From: Acidimicrobiia bacterium | GTDB taxonomy: Bacteria; Actinomycetota; Acidimicrobiia; Spongiisociales; ZC4RG35 | NCBI GenBank assembly: GCA_035461175.1 | Contig: DATHVR010000151.1 | Coordinates: 5,971 to 69,970 of the forward strand | Length of the DNA: 64,000 nucleotides | Reading direction: 5' to 3' | Part shown: piece by piece, positions 58,151 to 64,000 of the stretch | Layout of the letters: every line of letters starts with the position of its first letter | Numbering within the stretch: the stretch's first letter is position 1 | Position numbers and translations under genes: made by a program | Notes under the pieces: model-generated | Seen by the model: the letters and a program-made list of their open reading frames with translations, nothing else | Database searches by the model: none | Told to the model about the DNA's origin: nothing

Positions 58151-58192
58151 TCGCGACAGGATTGCGTGCCATAGCCCGCAATCCTGTCGCGA
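58151..58192. terminator. Bidirectional 16-bp-stem hairpin between convergent anti-sigma and dapE genes
   Basis: TCGCGACAGGATTGCG-TGCCATAGCC-CGCAATCCTGTCGCGA is a perfect inverted repeat. Confidence 0.5.
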
Positions 58193-58204
58193 GAAGCCCG
58201 GTGG

Positions 58205-59240
58205 TCAGCCTGCGAGGAGGCGACGGAGCGCGGCGAGGACTCGATCCAGGTCAGCGATGCTGACCGACTCGTCGGCTTGATGGGCCCGGGAGGTCTCTCC
58301 CGGCCCGAAGTTGACGGCGGGGACGCCGATCTCCGAGAAGCGGGCCACGTCGGTCCAGCCCTGCTTGGCGGCGGGGGCGGCTCCGCTCAACTCCACCAGC
58401 CGGGCCAGGATCGGATGATCCACCGATACCGCTCCGGACGGGGCGGTATCGGCTACCTCGAACGCGTCGGCGGGGGCGCAGATCTGGCGGAGCTCATCGA
58501 TCGCCTGGTCGACGGTCATATCGGGCGTGAACCGCATGTTGACGTTGAGAGTGAACTCGGCAGGGATGATGTTGTTGGCGATTCCGCCCTCCGCCCGGGT
58601 CACGGCCACTGTCCGCCGGTACTCGAGGTCTCCCACCCGGTAGGGACGGGGTTCGAGCCGGTGCATGGTCGCCAGCCACTCCCCCGCCTTGGTAACGGCG
58701 TTCTCCCCCCACCAGGGTCGGGCCGAGTGCGACGCCCTGCCCACGAAGCGCACGCGGGCGTTGACGACCCCGTTGCAGCCGTATTGGATCTCACCATCGG
58801 ACGGCTCGAGGACGACGGCGGAGTCCGCCCCGGCCAGCCACGGCACCTCGGCGAGGACCTGGCGCAACTGGTTGTTCTCGTGCGGACCTTCCTCGGCGGC
58901 ATAAAAGACGCCCACCACCGAGTAGGGGCCATTGGCGACCGCCTCATCCTCCAGCAGGTGGATAATCGCCGCCAGACCCGATTTCATGTCCGACGACCCC
59001 AGACCCCACATCCGGTCCCCCTCGATCCGGGCCGGTCCCTGGCCCTGAGATGGAACCGTGTCCAGGTGCCCGGCCAGGACCACCAGCGGCCGAGTATCGG
59101 GCTGTCCGACAACCACCGACTCTCCCACCCGTCGTTGCGGGAGATGGGAGAGACGGGCCTCGATGGCAGCACAGATGGCGGCCTCGTCCCCGGTTTCGGA
59201 GGGGATATCGATCAACCAGCGCAGGGTCTCGACGGGAGTC
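58205..59240 (-). CDS. dapE: Succinyl-diaminopimelate desuccinylase (M20 peptidase family)
   Basis: From MTPVETLRWLIDIPSETGDE onward; motifs AGHLDTVP, GSSDMKSG and EEGP, with a dimerisation domain. Confidence 0.8.
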
Positions 59241-59282
59241 ATGGCGCCTGAGCGTACTGCCGGACCGTCTAGCCTCCGACCC

Positions 59283-60266
59283 ATGACAGAGCAGATCGCC
59301 GCCGGCATCGGCTTGGCAACGGTGGGTGGGGATGGTTCGGTCCTGGCCGTCGCCTACCCCCGTCCGGAACTGGGCACCCGCAGCATCGAACGGGTCGGAA
59401 TCGTCTCCGGCGGTACCACCGCCATCACCGCCGACCAGGCCGATGAGCTCGGGTTTTCCGATCTGGCGGCGCGGGCCGGCGAGGACCAAGCCAGAGGGGT
59501 GAGTCTGGGCGTCGTCGCCACGTCGATCGAACTGGATCGCCCACCCACCGACGCCTACGACGTCTACCTCCGCCTCCACCTTCTCTCCCACCGGCTGGTC
59601 CGTCCCCACGGGCTGGACGTCGGTGGGATCTTCGCCACGCTGAACAACGTGGTGTGGACGACCCAGGGTCCCTGCTCCGTCGACGACTTCGAGGTCACCC
59701 GCCACCGCCTGGAGGCGGCCGGACGCCCGGTGGCCGTGACCTCGGTAGACAAGTTCCCGCGCATGACCGACTACGTGATCCCGCCCGGCGTCCGGATCGC
59801 CGACGCCGACCGGGTACGGCTCGGCGCCCACCTCGCCGAGGGCACGACCGTGATGCACGAGGGCTTCGTCAATTTCAACGCCGGCACTCTCGGCACCTCG
59901 ATGGTCGAGGGACGCATCTCGGCGGGTGTGGTCGTCGGCGACGGTACCGACATCGGTGGTGGCGCCTCGATCATGGGCACCCTGTCCGGTGGCGGCTCCG
60001 AGGTCATCTCGATCGGGGAACGCTGCCTGCTCGGTGCCAACTCGGGGGTGGGAATCTCACTGGGCGACGACTGCACCGTCGAGGCGGGCCTCTACCTCAC
60101 CGCCGGCACGGTCGTGAGACTGCCCGATGGGGAGGCCGCCAAGGCCCGGAGTCTGTCGGGGATCGATCGCATGCTGTTCCGGCGCAACTCGTTGACCGGC
60201 CAGGTCGAGGCGCTCCCTACCTCGGGCAAGTGGACGGGCCTCAACGCCGCCCTCCACGCCAACTGA
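59283..60266 (+). CDS. dapD: 2,3,4,5-tetrahydropyridine-2,6-dicarboxylate N-succinyltransferase (actinobacterial type)
   Basis: From MTEQIAAGIG... onward. Hexapeptide LbH repeats (GTSMVEGRISAGVVVGDGTDIGGGASIMGTLSGGG) and the classic divergent arrangement with dapE. Confidence 0.8.
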   Translation: MTEQIAAGIGLATVGGDGSVLAVAYPRPELGTRSIERVGIVSGGTTAITADQADELGFSDLAARAGEDQARGVSLGVVATSIELDRPPTDAYDVYLRLHLLSHRLVRPHGLDVGGIFATLNNVVWTTQGPCSVDDFEVTRHRLEAAGRPVAVTSVDKFPRMTDYVIPPGVRIADADRVRLGAHLAEGTTVMHEGFVNFNAGTLGTSMVEGRISAGVVVGDGTDIGGGASIMGTLSGGGSEVISIGERCLLGANSGVGISLGDDCTVEAGLYLTAGTVVRLPDGEAAKARSLSGIDRMLFRRNSLTGQVEALPTSGKWTGLNAALHAN

Positions 60267-60269
60267 TCC

Positions 60270-61412
60270 TCATCCAGCCAGGATCGGCGCCATCAACTCC
60301 ACGGCCCGAAGACAGGTGGCCGCATCAGGCACCAGCGCCAGGCGGAGGAAGCCGGTCCCCCGCGTGCCGAAGATGCTCCCCGGGCTGACCACGACCCCCG
60401 CCGCCGCCAGGTCGGTGGCGACGCCGAGATCGTCCGCCACCTTGACCCACAGATAGAGGCCGGCACTGGAGGCGAAAACCTCGACGCCGGCCGCCTCCAG
60501 ACCCGATCGCAGGATCCGGCGCTTCTCGGCAAACGTCTCCCGACGGGCCGCCACATGCTCGTCGTCGTTCCACGCTACCGCCGCCCCGCTCTGGACGAAC
60601 TCGGGGGAGGCGGTCCCCGTGGAGGTACGAAGTCGGAAGATCCGCTCGATGGCGGCCCGATCCCCGACGATCGCCCCCGACCGGTATCCGGTCATACCCG
60701 AGCGCTTGGAGAGCGACAGAAACGACAGCACCCCTTCCGAGTCCGGTCCGGCCGCCTGCAGGACGGAGGCGGGGGGATCGTCCTCGTAGAGATCGACGTA
60801 GCACTCGTCGCTGCACAGCAGGGTCTCATGGGTTCGGGCCGCCTCCACCAGCCCCTGGAGTTGGGTCAGCGAGGTGACCGCTCCGGTCGGATTGGAAGGA
60901 GTGCAGATCCACAGCATCGCCATCCGCTCCCAGTCGGCCGGTCTGACCTGGCCGGCCGCGACCACGAAATCGTCTCCGGCGGGTATGGGGCGCGGCTCCG
61001 CCCCCGCCAGTCCCGCCCCCCGGGCATAGACGGGATAGCCGGGGTCGGGGTATCCCACCGCGTCTCCCCGATCGCGGTCCACGAACGCCAGATGGGACGA
61101 GAAGATGGCTTCCTTCGCTCCGGAGGTGGGGATGATCTGGGTGTCGGGGTCGACCTCGACACCGAACCTGCGGCGCAGGTAGCCGGCGATCGCCCGGCGC
61201 AGGTCGGGCAGCCCACGAGTAGTCGGATACTGGGAGACGGGGGGGATCGAGGTGGCCACGGTGGAGCGAACCTCCTCCCAGGTGGGCTCGACCGGATCGC
61301 CGAGCGAGAAGTCGAGCACTTCTTCGCCCCGTGCCCGCAGGTCGCGGACCTGCTCCTGGATGGCGGTGATGGGATGGGCGCCGGCCCGGTCGAGAGCTGG
61401 ATTGACCCGCAT
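60270..61412 (-). CDS. dapC: Class I/II PLP aminotransferase, probable N-succinyldiaminopimelate aminotransferase
   Basis: Motif NPTGAV, lysine in SLSKRSGMTGYRSGA, and adjacency to dapD. Confidence 0.7.
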   Translation of the reverse strand: MRVNPALDRAGAHPITAIQEQVRDLRARGEEVLDFSLGDPVEPTWEEVRSTVATSIPPVSQYPTTRGLPDLRRAIAGYLRRRFGVEVDPDTQIIPTSGAKEAIFSSHLAFVDRDRGDAVGYPDPGYPVYARGAGLAGAEPRPIPAGDDFVVAAGQVRPADWERMAMLWICTPSNPTGAVTSLTQLQGLVEAARTHETLLCSDECYVDLYEDDPPASVLQAAGPDSEGVLSFLSLSKRSGMTGYRSGAIVGDRAAIERIFRLRTSTGTASPEFVQSGAAVAWNDDEHVAARRETFAEKRRILRSGLEAAGVEVFASSAGLYLWVKVADDLGVATDLAAAGVVVSPGSIFGTRGTGFLRLALVPDAATCLRAVELMAPILAG

Positions 61413-61481
61413 CGGGCCAGGCTAACCCGACGGTCGGGCTTTTTCTTCCGGTTGCTTTTTACGGCCGGGTAGCGTTCCCAC

Positions 61482-61868
61482 GTGTCCTACCGCCTCATCT
61501 ACGCCGGGCTCGGACTGCTGGCGATCGCGGTCGTTGCCCTCGGCGTCGCATTCGCTCAGGAGGGCGATGCCGTCGATCTGCCCAACCCGATCGAAGCCGT
61601 TTCTCCTCTCCCCGGCGACCGCGTCATCCGCCAAACCAGCGTCCAGGTCGACCTGGCCGTCGGCTACGTCGCCGACCTCTTCGTGGACGGTTTTCCGGTC
61701 GACGCCGCCTTCGTGGATGCCACCGGTGTGTACAGCTGGTCACCATCTCCGACCTCGCCGATCATGACCGAGTGGAGCCCGGGTGAGCACACCGTGCGGG
61801 TCGAGTGGCGTCGGATCAGCGGTTCGCCCGAGTTCGGCTCCTTCGAGTGGACCTTCCGGGTTTCGTGA
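61482..61868 (+). CDS. Hypothetical membrane-anchored small protein
   Basis: GTG start, N-terminal TM/signal (LIYAGLGLLAIAVVALGVAFA), and a ~100-aa extracytoplasmic domain rich in Val/Asp. Confidence 0.4.
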   Translation: MSYRLIYAGLGLLAIAVVALGVAFAQEGDAVDLPNPIEAVSPLPGDRVIRQTSVQVDLAVGYVADLFVDGFPVDAAFVDATGVYSWSPSPTSPIMTEWSPGEHTVRVEWRRISGSPEFGSFEWTFRVS

Positions 61869-61942
61869 TGCTCTGGCTTGCGCGCCCGGTTCTGACCCAC
61901 ACCTACGACGAACCTGACCACGACATCACACCCCGATGCGGC

Positions 61943-64000
<2,058 letters not shown>

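Overview
This is a high-GC (~70%) bacterial chromosomal window, actinobacterial in character: GTG starts are frequent, an actinobacterial-type dapD is present, and there is a menaquinone operon. It is densely coding on both strands and mostly housekeeping.

Ordinary content:
- Menaquinone genes menF (C-terminal fragment), menD and menC, with a c-type cytochrome gene.
- A manC-like guanylyltransferase and a gamma-carbonic-anhydrase-like gene.
- gcvP preceded by a glycine riboswitch.
- An Opp/Dpp-type peptide ABC transporter: oppBCDF on the minus strand and a divergent substrate-binding lipoprotein.
- Two ECF sigma/anti-sigma pairs.
- pyk, gatCAB, dapE/dapD/dapC and NAD-dependent ligA.
- An aspartate-type aminotransferase and a zinc alcohol dehydrogenase.
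- Two UMF1-type MFS transporters, one of them frameshifted.
- A PQQ-type sugar dehydrogenase lipoprotein, a diacylglycerol-kinase-family lipid kinase and an ADP-ribosylglycohydrolase.

Noteworthy content:
- An sbcD-sbcC operon is followed by a 316-aa protein of unknown function with NurA-like spacing of DG motifs.
- A HerA-like HAS-barrel/DUF87 ATPase sits on the same strand about 6 kb upstream, echoing the archaeal herA-mre11-rad50-nurA arrangement.
- Between them lies a fluoride module (fluoride riboswitch, two crcB genes, a DUF190 gene) and a lipoprotein serpin.
- A pair of overlapping dynamin-like GTPases.
- A protein with a folded N-terminus, about 350 aa of tandemly repeated Pro/Glu-rich disorder, and a C-terminal HxH/CxxC tail.
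- A thermonuclease fused to a lamin-tail-domain, as a lipoprotein.
- A coiled-coil protein with a PD-(D/E)xK-like motif.
- A divergent GH57-like protein.
- Several short repeats and palindromes in intergenic regions.

No tRNA or rRNA genes, CRISPR arrays, transposases or integrases were recognised. All calls are by eye from motifs; none has been checked against a database.
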